A stretch of 64,000 nt of DNA from Oceanispirochaeta sp. GTDB lineage: Bacteria; Spirochaetota; Spirochaetia; DSM-2461. The position numbers were made by a program, and so were the translations under genes. How positions within the stretch are numbered: position 1 is the stretch's first letter; every line of letters begins with the position of its first letter. A model generated the notes under the pieces. That model worked only from the letters and a program-made list of their open reading frames with translations, searched no databases and had not been told where the DNA came from. Location of the stretch: assembly GCA_963666275.2 (NCBI GenBank), contig CAXXOA010000001.1, forward strand, positions 2,537,598 through 2,601,597, written 5' to 3'. Below, in pieces: positions 55,553 through 64,000 of this stretch.

Positions 55553-56920
55553 ATGAGTATTATCATAATCCTTATTATAATCTTCGGCACGGGCCTGGCA
55601 GTATTTCTCATTTTTATGATCCGTTCCTTTCTCAGGCCCAAAAGAGTGGCAACTCTCGCCAATCTTGTAGGAGCTGGTAAAAATCCACAGGCCATACGTA
55701 TGGCCAAACAGATCCTTGCAAAAGAACCGCGGAACAGCGAAGCTCACTATCTCCTTGCCAGGGCCTACAGGAACGACCGGAAAGAGGAACTGGCCCTGAT
55801 GGAGATGAAAACAGTCAACAATCTGAATGACTTCAAAGGGTACTGCAAGGAGAACGAATTCCGTCAGACTATAGCCCAGCTCTACCAGCAGTTCAACTTT
55901 CCCGAAGAGGCACTGAAAGAGTACCTTCTGCTCATCAGAATGGAACCCTACAATCCGGACTACTACTTCAATGCGGGCAAGCTTTTCGAGCAGAGGAAAA
56001 AAGGCCCCCAGGCGGCTCAGTACTACAAAAAAGCTATTGATCTGGACCCCCGGAATGCGGAAGCCCTGTTCAGTCTCGGCTCCCTTCTCTACAAGGGCAA
56101 AAGAACCAACGATGCCAAACTGATTCTCCAGAAAACCATCAAACTCCGTCCGGACAACTATAAAGCCCACTTTTATCTGGGAAAAATGAATAAGGATGCC
56201 CAGAATTATTCGGCGGCCATTGAATTTTTCGAACAGGCCCAGAAGGATCAGGAGTATAAAATCAAAGCCCTCATCGAGAGAGGCTTATGCTATCTGGCCA
56301 TGAAAAACTACGACAAATCCATTACCGAACTGGAAAGGGCCATCAAACTGACAGCCGATAAGCCGGATGATACAACCCTCTTCGCCCGTTACTATCTGGC
56401 CATGTGCTATGAGAAGAAACGGGATATCGACCATGCCATAGAGCAGTGGGAGGAGATCTACAGCAAACAGCAGTCCTTCAAGGATGTGGCGGAAAAACTC
56501 AGTCAGTTTCAGGAACTCCGGGAGGACGACAGGATGAAGGACTATCTGACCTCCCCTAACGAAACATTTCTGAAGATCTGCCAGCAGGTGGTGGATGTGA
56601 TGGGTCTGAGCGTTACCGATCAGTCCCTGAACAAGCTGGGATGTCAGGTCATTGCCGTGGAAAAAAGCACCGGTCAGTGGCGGAACACAAAGAAAATGCC
56701 CAAACTGATCCATTTTCTGAGAGTCACGGAAAATGTGGACCAGAAACAGGTACGGGATTTTCATGAGCAGGTTCAGAACATCAAGGCCTCAAGGGGAATC
56801 CTGGTGAGCAGTTCCATGTTCAATAGAACAGCCCAGGATTTTGTAGAATCCCGTCCGATAGATCTGGTGGGAAAAGACAAGCTCCAGAAACTGCTGGAAC
56901 AGGCTGACAAAGTCGGCTGA
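55553..56920 (+). CDS. TM + TPR + Mrr-like restriction-endonuclease-fold protein
   Basis: N-terminal TM, TPR array, and C-terminal VD...VRDF...ASRGILVSSSMFNRTAQDF...IDLVG..L..L resembling Mrr_cat. Confidence 0.75.
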   Translation: MSIIIILIIIFGTGLAVFLIFMIRSFLRPKRVATLANLVGAGKNPQAIRMAKQILAKEPRNSEAHYLLARAYRNDRKEELALMEMKTVNNLNDFKGYCKENEFRQTIAQLYQQFNFPEEALKEYLLLIRMEPYNPDYYFNAGKLFEQRKKGPQAAQYYKKAIDLDPRNAEALFSLGSLLYKGKRTNDAKLILQKTIKLRPDNYKAHFYLGKMNKDAQNYSAAIEFFEQAQKDQEYKIKALIERGLCYLAMKNYDKSITELERAIKLTADKPDDTTLFARYYLAMCYEKKRDIDHAIEQWEEIYSKQQSFKDVAEKLSQFQELREDDRMKDYLTSPNETFLKICQQVVDVMGLSVTDQSLNKLGCQVIAVEKSTGQWRNTKKMPKLIHFLRVTENVDQKQVRDFHEQVQNIKASRGILVSSSMFNRTAQDFVESRPIDLVGKDKLQKLLEQADKVG

Positions 56921-56925
56921 AAGCC

Positions 56926-57615
56926 ATGAAAATTCTGATTGTTGCGGATCATAAGGATCCTCTGGTCTACTCTCCCAATATAAAACAGCGTTTCGGTGAT
57001 GTAGACCTGATCCTGAGCGCCGGGGATCTCCCTCTGGAGTATTACGGTTTTATTGTCAGCAGTCTGAATAAGCCCCTCTATTTTGTTTTCGGCAACCATA
57101 ATCTCAAAAGATTTCACCTTTTTTCCCGGAAATCCCAGCATAATATCTACAGCGGCCACTCCATAATCGAAGATATGTACAGCGCCAGTTTCGGCGCGAC
57201 CCATCTGGACGGCAAGATTGTGAGAATTAAGTCAAAAAATCTTATTATTGCGGGATTAGGCGGGAGCAGACGGTATAATAAAGGGGATAACCAGTATACT
57301 GAATGGGGAATGTTCAACAGGATAATGAAAATGCTGCCCGGTTTATTATGGAATAAACTTGTTCATGGAAGATACCTGGATATCCTTCTGACCCACGCCT
57401 CGCCCAGAGGGATACACGACAGGGAAGATCCCTGTCATATCGGATTCAAAGCCTTTTTATGGTTTATGGATAAATTCTCGCCCCAATACTTGCTGCATGG
57501 GCACATTCACCTATATTCTCTCAATGAAAAAAGAGTGACTCAATACAAAGAGACTACGGTGATCAATACCTATGATCACTATGTGATAGAAATGGAAGGA
57601 AAAAAACGTGGATAA
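56926..57615 (+). CDS. Calcineurin-like metallophosphoesterase
   Basis: AD.., AGD, FGNH, THASP and HGHIH. Confidence 0.9.
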   Translation: MKILIVADHKDPLVYSPNIKQRFGDVDLILSAGDLPLEYYGFIVSSLNKPLYFVFGNHNLKRFHLFSRKSQHNIYSGHSIIEDMYSASFGATHLDGKIVRIKSKNLIIAGLGGSRRYNKGDNQYTEWGMFNRIMKMLPGLLWNKLVHGRYLDILLTHASPRGIHDREDPCHIGFKAFLWFMDKFSPQYLLHGHIHLYSLNEKRVTQYKETTVINTYDHYVIEMEGKKRG

Positions 57616-58555
57616 ACACTCTATGAATTCGACTGCGTCGTCAGATTTCAATAAAGCCAAAAGCAAGGCTATTTTCAATACGGTTCTGAACATCCTCCGA
57701 CCCGAAAAGAGAGAACTCCTCTCTTTTTACGATGTGAAAACCCTGGTGAGGACAAAAACAGAGAGCTACAAGGGAATGCAGGTTATAAAAATTGACGATA
57801 TAGCCGGCAGTGAAGGAAGGTATCACGACTTCAATAAAGCCTTCCTTCCCAAAAGAGAGCATCTGAGAAAACGCTGGGAGAGCATTGATAAAGCCTATAT
57901 CACCGATGTGATCCTCCCGCCGATCAAACTCTATAAAATCGGAGAAGTCTACTTTGTAAGGGATGGAAATCACCGCGTCTCCGTGGCGAAAGCCCAGGGA
58001 ATGTTCTCTATCGATGCGGAAGTGATTGAGCTGACCACCGAGATTCCCGTGACAGCGGAAATGACAAGGAAAGACCTGATTGCCGCTGTGATCAATTATG
58101 AGAAAGAGAGCATCATCGACGCCCAGCCGGAACTGGGAGAAATCATAGAGGAAGGGGAAATCGACTTTACAGCCCCCGGCCGCTACGAGGAGATGCTCCG
58201 CCATATCATGGGTCATAAATACTTTATCAATATGGATCAGAAAGAGGAGATCCCCCTGATCCAGGCGGCCCATTCCTGGCTGGACAACCTGTATACACCG
58301 ATTGTCAAAACCATCCGGACAGGCAATCTCCTCTCCCGGTTTCCCGGAAGAACCGAAGCGGACCTCTATATATGGATTGCCAAACACTGGCATGAACTGA
58401 AGGATAAATACGGCCAGGAGTACCCCATGGAGGCTGCGGCGGCTGCGTTCTCAAAGAAACACGGCACCGGTTTTTTTGAAAACCCCGTCAAATGGCTGAA
58501 AGAGAAAATCAACTCCCGCACCACCCCGCCGGCGGAAAACAACGAAGAGGAGTAA
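57608..58555 (+). CDS. ParB/Srx-like domain protein with DUF4032-like C-terminus
   Basis: LPPIKLYKIGEVYFVRDGNHRVSVAK and FPGRTEADLYIWI..HW. Confidence 0.75.
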   Translation: MDKHSMNSTASSDFNKAKSKAIFNTVLNILRPEKRELLSFYDVKTLVRTKTESYKGMQVIKIDDIAGSEGRYHDFNKAFLPKREHLRKRWESIDKAYITDVILPPIKLYKIGEVYFVRDGNHRVSVAKAQGMFSIDAEVIELTTEIPVTAEMTRKDLIAAVINYEKESIIDAQPELGEIIEEGEIDFTAPGRYEEMLRHIMGHKYFINMDQKEEIPLIQAAHSWLDNLYTPIVKTIRTGNLLSRFPGRTEADLYIWIAKHWHELKDKYGQEYPMEAAAAAFSKKHGTGFFENPVKWLKEKINSRTTPPAENNEEE

Positions 58556-58585
58556 AACCCGGACTTTAAGGCTCCCCCGAAACAA

Positions 58586-59257
58586 TCACTGTCCGTTGAA
58601 GATAAAGGGCCCCGACTTGAGGCCGTAACCCTGCCTTTCATCCTGATAGTAGACATAAAACCAGGTGGTTCTCTGTATCTCTTCGCTGTTGAGGATATCC
58701 TCTAAAAGATAGAGTCCCGGTTCCAGGTACTTTTCCGCCACAAGTTCGGCCTGACTGTCATAAAACCAGAGCACCAGAGGGCTCTGCTGGAAATCAAGCT
58801 GCAGGGTTCTGCCCTGCTGATTGATCAGGGGAAAGACAATCTCTGAGGTTTGGACATCAGGCTGCCTGATAGAGACAGTCAGTTCATCCCTCTGACCGCT
58901 CCGGTCTATCACAAGAAGCCTGTACTCTCCCGGGGGAAGAGTGTTTTCATTCCCCATGGTCAGGCCGTTGGCTCCCAGCCAGAACTCTCCGTCCAGACTG
59001 GAAGTCACCCAGTTGGAGGAGTCCATTTTCCAGGACCAGCTGAGATCGTCCCGCATCAGATAGAGTTCACTGACATCAGCCTCTCCGTCGTCATCCTGAA
59101 GCTGCACAAAAAAATTCAGCTCCTGGGACACGCGGCCCAGAACCCTGTCTTCCGTATACACAACCATCCAGTCTGTATTGAGGATTCCCGGTGGACTTCC
59201 CGAACAGGAGGAAAACAGCAGCCAGAAGAAAAGACAGGCAGGAAGAGCGTATTTCAA
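58586..59257 (-). CDS. Hypothetical lipoprotein
   Basis: LLFSS-C spirochaetal-type lipobox; LPPGEYRLLVIDRSG Ig-like strand. Confidence 0.7.
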   Translation of the reverse strand: MKYALPACLFFWLLFSSCSGSPPGILNTDWMVVYTEDRVLGRVSQELNFFVQLQDDDGEADVSELYLMRDDLSWSWKMDSSNWVTSSLDGEFWLGANGLTMGNENTLPPGEYRLLVIDRSGQRDELTVSIRQPDVQTSEIVFPLINQQGRTLQLDFQQSPLVLWFYDSQAELVAEKYLEPGLYLLEDILNSEEIQRTTWFYVYYQDERQGYGLKSGPFIFNGQ

Positions 59258-60468
59258 ACCAGCTCTCTCCTGTTCTGTCCGGCAGACCGGAGAACGCCGT
59301 CCGCCTCCATGGCATCCAGCAGGGCAATCAATCGGCTCCGGCTGAGGGCTGTTTTCCCGGTCAGATCTCCCAGATCAAAGGTCTTGTCCGCCGGCAGGAT
59401 CTCTATCACCCGGGAGACAAGCTCCCTGTAGGCATCCACACTGTAGAGTATGCTTTCCAGCTTTCGGGCCAGATTCCGTTTGACTAGAATATCCGGCAGA
59501 TCGGGTCTTCCGGCGGGAGAATTCTCTTTCAGGTTCAGCCCCTCTGTGGAAAGACCGATCAGATCATTCAGATAGGATTTTGTCATGGGAGCCAGATAAT
59601 TTTCCGGGGTATCCGTACAGTTCAGGAGGGCTCCTTTCTTTCTGTAGACGATCCCCCTGGATATCAGATCTCCCAGCACGGCCTCTCTCAGGGCTTCGGG
59701 AATATCAAGAAGATCGGGAATTTCCGTTTCTGTCAGCCCTGCTTCATGGGAAGCTCTTTTTACAATGAGGCTGTTCCATTTATCCAGAGTCCGGGACATA
59801 ACAAACCAGTCCCCCAGGAGAAGGGCCCCCTGAAATCCCTCGGCGGCGACACCCGGAGGCACCTGCACATACCCCCTGACCCGGAGGTTCATGGAGTAGA
59901 TATGGGCCGGCCCGGGAAAATTCCCGAACTTGTTGACCCGGCGGGAGAGCTCCTTCATCTGGGCATCGGTAAAGGGTTCCCCCATAAGAAGAACGAATTC
60001 CCTTGTATAGTTCTCTCCCGAAACACGGTAGAGCTGTCCGGGGATCTGGAGAAACGGAAAGGTTCCTGTAATTTTACTGACCCGTTCCGCCCGGGAAGAG
60101 ACAACCTTGCCCGGGTAGCTGTAGTCTGACAGATCCCGCAGGGACAGGTTCATATTCCGTGCATCCGGAGGATTGCCTTTCCATGCCACAAGGGCTTTTC
60201 TTCCCTCTCCGGCACCGTAGTACCGGGGAATCACGAGGCTTCCCTGGCGGGCGGCGATAGCGCCCCTGCCTTTCAGATGAATAAAGACCCCGGTAGAACC
60301 ATCGCTGGTACTGACCTGTTTGATGAGAATCTTTTTACCTGAAGGAAAGAGAGAAAACTCTCCCTTTTCCGGTGGATTCCCCACTTTTTCTGCCGGGAAT
60401 GCCGTGTATTTCTCCCCGTCTTTTCTGACGGGATTTCCGCTGATTTTATAATAATCGATTTCTGTCAC
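59254..60468 (-). CDS. SelB-like protein lacking the GTPase domain
   Basis: C-terminal FDLGDL..KTALSRSRLIALLDAMEADGVLR.AG..R resembles the SelB terminal winged helix. No P-loop is present. Confidence 0.5.
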   Translation of the reverse strand: MTEIDYYKISGNPVRKDGEKYTAFPAEKVGNPPEKGEFSLFPSGKKILIKQVSTSDGSTGVFIHLKGRGAIAARQGSLVIPRYYGAGEGRKALVAWKGNPPDARNMNLSLRDLSDYSYPGKVVSSRAERVSKITGTFPFLQIPGQLYRVSGENYTREFVLLMGEPFTDAQMKELSRRVNKFGNFPGPAHIYSMNLRVRGYVQVPPGVAAEGFQGALLLGDWFVMSRTLDKWNSLIVKRASHEAGLTETEIPDLLDIPEALREAVLGDLISRGIVYRKKGALLNCTDTPENYLAPMTKSYLNDLIGLSTEGLNLKENSPAGRPDLPDILVKRNLARKLESILYSVDAYRELVSRVIEILPADKTFDLGDLTGKTALSRSRLIALLDAMEADGVLRSAGQNRRELV

Positions 60469-60555
60469 CGTAATTGCCTTTTTTTAACGCTGGGGGCTAT
60501 AATAACATATTGCCCGGGTATTTAGAATAGGCGCACAGGGTATATAAAAGAACAA

Positions 60556-62436
60556 ATGTCCATTAGAGAAACAGCCGAAGAACTGAATATATCTCCCCAC
60601 ACTCTCAAGAACTGGATCAGAAGGGAAAATCTCAATCCCCGGGCTGTTTCCCGGCTGAACCGGGGAGAAAAACTCACAAGAATGGCCAATAAAAAACATT
60701 CCACCCGCAGGCACATCCCCGTTGAAATGATAGGAAACAGAAAGAATATAGTCTCCGTGGAAAAGGTGGTCGGGGCCCTGGAAGCCGCCGCATCGGATAC
60801 GGAGGAGCGGCTATTTCTTTTTCTTCTGATTTTTCTCTGCAGAAAGGGCTTCATTCCTCTTCCGGAGACAGACAGGGAAGGCCTGACCGGCGCTGAGTTT
60901 CTCGCCTGTGCCTCCCCCCTCCCGGTGCTTCACAGTGAACTCAGGGGATATGCCCGCGAAATGGGGATTTCTCTGAATACACCCTATCCTCCGTCCCTCC
61001 TGAAGAGGGGGTTCCTCTCAAAGCTGCTCCTGAATGAACCGGATCTGCCGGGCATCATCTATCAGGCTCTGCGCATGGAGGGCAACAGAATCCAGGCAGG
61101 AGCCTACTACACCCCCCGCGGAATTATCAGGAATCTTCTGAAATCCGCCGGAGCCGGCAAAGCTGCGTTCCTTATGGATCCCTGCTGCGGTTCAGGGCTT
61201 TTTCTCTGTGAATTTGCCAGGTCTGCCGGGAGGCCCGATACGGTCCGGGGAATGGACCGGGACAGAAATGCTGTCCTGCTGGCAAGAATAAACCTGTTCC
61301 TCCTCTATCCGGGCATTGAATCTCTGGAGGCGATAGCCCACGGGGACGCGCTCTCGCCTGCCTCCTGGAACCTGCCCGAAGGCTGTGTGATCGCCACAAA
61401 TCCCCCCTGGGGCGCCCATTTTACAGCGGAGGAAAAGAAAAGACTCAAACGGACCTGTCAGATCCATTCGGGCGAATCCTTTTCCTGTTTTATCTCCCGG
61501 GCCATGAAAGAGCTGCCCCACCGGGGAAAAGGGGCATTCCTTCTGCCCGAAGCAGCCCTCTATGTAAAAGCTCACAGCGATCTGCGCCGGATTATCCTGG
61601 AAGAGACAACGCTCCGGGAAGTGATCACCTACGGCCCCCTTTTTCGGGGTGTCTACACCGATGTGATCCAGCTGACACTGGAAAAGAGCCCTCCGGGGAG
61701 CCGAAGACGAACAAGGGTAGCCCTGAAGAAAAACCCGGACCATCCCATTCAGGAAAGGCAGAAAACAGCCCGTTTCCGAAGGAATCCTCACCAGATCATA
61801 AATATCCACTGCACCGGCAGGGACAGGGAAATTCTCTCCAGACTGGAAGAGGGAAAAATAACCTCTCCTCCGCCCTGCCGATGGCTGCTGGGAACCGTAA
61901 CAGGCGATAACAGGCGTTTTCTTACGGAAACCCCCGAAGAGGAGACGATACCGGTTCTGACTGGAAAGGAGATTCAGTCCTTCAGAACCCTTCCTCCCCG
62001 TCTCTATCTGAGGACCGACAGGGGAACCTGGCAGCAGTTCCGGTCTCCCCGGGAGTACAGGGAGGCAAAAATTGTCTACACCTTTATAGGTTCCCGGCCC
62101 TCCTTTGCCGTGGACCATTCCGGTTTGATGACCCTCAATTCGGCCAACTGTATGATCCCCCCGGGTCCGGATCTCCTGTACCCCCTGACGGGATGGTACA
62201 ATTCGGAACTCTTCCGGTTTATGTGGTGGAAAGAGTTCCGATCCCTGAAACTGCTCCGGAGCCAGCTCGAATATCTGCCCCTTCCGGATTGGAGTGAATC
62301 CCTGAAACAGGATCTCTCCTCTCTTGTCAAAAAAGGAGAAAAAGGGGAGGATATCAAGCTGGAATTGAATCGGATTCTGTACGATTTCTTTGATATCAGC
62401 CGAAAGGAACAGGAGTATGTCCGCTCTGAAATATAA
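60556..62436 (+). CDS. N6-adenine DNA methyltransferase with N-terminal HTH and TaqI-like TRD
   Basis: MSIRETAEELNISPHTLKNW HTH, GAYYTP, DPCCGSG, TNPPW and C-terminal LGTVTGDN...PVLTGKEI. Confidence 0.85.
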   Translation: MSIRETAEELNISPHTLKNWIRRENLNPRAVSRLNRGEKLTRMANKKHSTRRHIPVEMIGNRKNIVSVEKVVGALEAAASDTEERLFLFLLIFLCRKGFIPLPETDREGLTGAEFLACASPLPVLHSELRGYAREMGISLNTPYPPSLLKRGFLSKLLLNEPDLPGIIYQALRMEGNRIQAGAYYTPRGIIRNLLKSAGAGKAAFLMDPCCGSGLFLCEFARSAGRPDTVRGMDRDRNAVLLARINLFLLYPGIESLEAIAHGDALSPASWNLPEGCVIATNPPWGAHFTAEEKKRLKRTCQIHSGESFSCFISRAMKELPHRGKGAFLLPEAALYVKAHSDLRRIILEETTLREVITYGPLFRGVYTDVIQLTLEKSPPGSRRRTRVALKKNPDHPIQERQKTARFRRNPHQIINIHCTGRDREILSRLEEGKITSPPPCRWLLGTVTGDNRRFLTETPEEETIPVLTGKEIQSFRTLPPRLYLRTDRGTWQQFRSPREYREAKIVYTFIGSRPSFAVDHSGLMTLNSANCMIPPGPDLLYPLTGWYNSELFRFMWWKEFRSLKLLRSQLEYLPLPDWSESLKQDLSSLVKKGEKGEDIKLELNRILYDFFDISRKEQEYVRSEI

Positions 62437-63013
62437 TCTGAAACTGATTGTCCTCCTGGGAAATCCGGGAAGCAAATATGAAAAGACCCGTCATAATGCA
62501 GCCTGGCTCTGTCTGGATTCTCTTGCCGGTGCCTCCGGGCTCACATGGAAAGAGAAATTCAACGGACGCTGGGCAGAATATGGCAGCCCCGGCAGCACTG
62601 TAAAGGTTCTGAAACCCGAAACATTCATGAACAAGAGCGGAGAGTCTGTGATCAGGGCGGCAGAGTTTTTCCGTCTAGCCCCCGAAGAGATCCTTGTGGT
62701 CCATGACGAACTGGAACTCCCCTTTGGAACTGTCCAGTTCAGAAAAGGCGGCGGCCTGGGAGGGCACAACGGGCTGAGGAGCATAAAACAGCACCTGGGA
62801 ACCGGCGATTTCTACCGTTTCCGCCTGGGCATATCCCGCCCGGCTCACGGGGATGTGTCCCGATGGGTACTCTCTCCGTTTTCCTCAGAAGAATCTCCTC
62901 TCCTCAGTGTCTACTGGGAACGAAGCGCCCTTCTGCTAGAAAGGCTGATCACAGGATCATCCGGTCAACCCGGAGAAAATAAAAAAATCGACCTTCTGGA
63001 GTCTCCCGTATAG
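62417..63013 (+). CDS. pth: Peptidyl-tRNA hydrolase
   Basis: LGNPG..Y..TRHNA, KPETFMNKSG, VVHDEL, GGHNGLRSI and RFRLGI. Confidence 0.96.
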   Translation: MSALKYNLKLIVLLGNPGSKYEKTRHNAAWLCLDSLAGASGLTWKEKFNGRWAEYGSPGSTVKVLKPETFMNKSGESVIRAAEFFRLAPEEILVVHDELELPFGTVQFRKGGGLGGHNGLRSIKQHLGTGDFYRFRLGISRPAHGDVSRWVLSPFSSEESPLLSVYWERSALLLERLITGSSGQPGENKKIDLLESPV

Positions 63014-63047
63014 GGAGATCCGAAGCCTACATCATAAGGAGACAGCT

Positions 63048-63746
63048 ATGTCAGTGGAATACGGAATTATTGCGGCAATGGAAGAGGAGTGCAAAGGGCT
63101 CATTCAGCTGATGGAGTCCCGGGAGGAGACCCCTATGGGGCCGTTCCTTTTTCACAGAGGGACCCTGGCAGGAAAATCGGTATGTCTCCTCCAGTGCGGA
63201 ATCGGGAAAGTCAATGCCGCCGTGGGAACCGCTCTGATGATACAGAACTGGTCCCCGGAAAAACTCATCAATACAGGCGTGGCGGGTGGTTTTCTTGAAA
63301 CCCTGAAAATCGGAGATATTGTCCTTTCCACTGAGGTTGTTCATCACGATGTGGATGTTACCATTTTCGGCTACAAGAAGGGCCAGGTCCCGGGAGATCC
63401 CGAGGTCTACCCTGCGGATCCGCAACTTCTGGCAGCGGCATCGGCACTGAAACCAGCGGATGAATCAATTCGCCTGGTACCGGGAAAAATTGCCTCAGGG
63501 GATATTTTTGTTCATACCGCTGATCACATAGAAACCATACGAAGCGGATTCGCCGATGCTGCCGCCGTGGAGATGGAATCCGCTGCGATCGCTCAGGTAT
63601 GCCATGCCTTCAAAACCCCCTTTCTGATTATCCGTTCCATATCGGATGTGACAGGTGATGAGGAAAATCATGTCTCTTATGATGAATTCATGCCTGAAGC
63701 GGCCAGGATCTCCATTGACATGGTGCTTAAAATCCTTAAAAATTAG
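63048..63746 (+). CDS. mtnN: 5'-methylthioadenosine/S-adenosylhomocysteine nucleosidase
   Basis: AAMEEE, GIGKVNAA, NTGVAGG, VEMESAA and RSISD. Confidence 0.96.
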   Translation: MSVEYGIIAAMEEECKGLIQLMESREETPMGPFLFHRGTLAGKSVCLLQCGIGKVNAAVGTALMIQNWSPEKLINTGVAGGFLETLKIGDIVLSTEVVHHDVDVTIFGYKKGQVPGDPEVYPADPQLLAAASALKPADESIRLVPGKIASGDIFVHTADHIETIRSGFADAAAVEMESAAIAQVCHAFKTPFLIIRSISDVTGDEENHVSYDEFMPEAARISIDMVLKILKN

Positions 63747-63795
63747 AACTTTTAAGTGCCCTGGCAACAGGAAGAAAGAGAAGAGGACCATAAAG

Positions 63796-64000
63796 ATGGA
63801 AAAAATAGCCAGTTTTACAATAGATCATGAAAAAATGTCCCGGGGAATATTCGTATCCCGGAAGGATAAAGTGGGAGATCAGACAATCACCACATTCGAT
63901 ATACGGATAAAACTGCCCAACAGAGAACCGGTTATGGATAATCCCGCTCTGCACACGATCGAGCATCTGGGTGCCACATACCTGAGGAACAATGCCGAAT
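63796..64000 (+). CDS. luxS: S-ribosylhomocysteine lyase (5' part; runs off the window)
   Basis: Not in the ORF track. Manual translation gives MEKIASFTIDH...TTFDIRIKLPN...LHTIEHLGATYLRN, including the HTxEH motif. Confidence 0.96.
   Translation, partial: MEKIASFTIDHEKMSRGIFVSRKDKVGDQTITTFDIRIKLPNREPVMDNPALHTIEHLGATYLRNNAE

Overview
This looks like a chromosomal window from an anaerobic, free-living spirochaete. That assignment is an inference from the lipoprotein signal peptides, the TPR-rich genes around mutL and the overall gene content. Left part (1-11.5 kb): a TetR-linked FMN-binding lipoprotein plus flavocytochrome-type reductase, a degenerate glutamine-synthetase-like gene, a sigma54-driven aldehyde:ferredoxin oxidoreductase operon with MoaD/MoeB-like genes, and an Rpn/PD-(D/E)XK gene. 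Middle part (about 11.7-35.9 kb): an AT-richer accessory region ending at a tRNA-Met(CAT). It holds an XRE-ImmA/IrrE gene with a truncated PIN-like partner, a type I R-M operon with a Sir2-HerA module and an AlbA_2/Schlafen gene inserted between hsdS and hsdR, a REP-flanked TetR/hydrolase cassette with an in-frame TGA, and an Mgl-type sugar ABC transporter with YesMN-like regulators. The tRNA 3' end is followed by a duplicated module that carries antisense copies of the tRNA T-arm. Right part (36-64 kb): core-like genes, including a degenerate cyclase-STAND-TPR protein, an RsbW/PilZ/STAS/RsbW cluster, an HD hydrolase, a pore-less voltage-sensor protein, a SprA-like giant outer-membrane protein, mutL, TPR proteins, an inactive-looking Mrr fusion, a phosphoesterase plus ParB/Srx pair, a SelB-like protein without a GTPase domain, an orphan N6 DNA methyltransferase, pth, mtnN and a partial luxS. 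Several families of REP/MITE-like repeats occur, some nested. No CRISPR array, integrase or intact IS transposase was seen. All family calls come from reading motifs by eye; no database searches were run.
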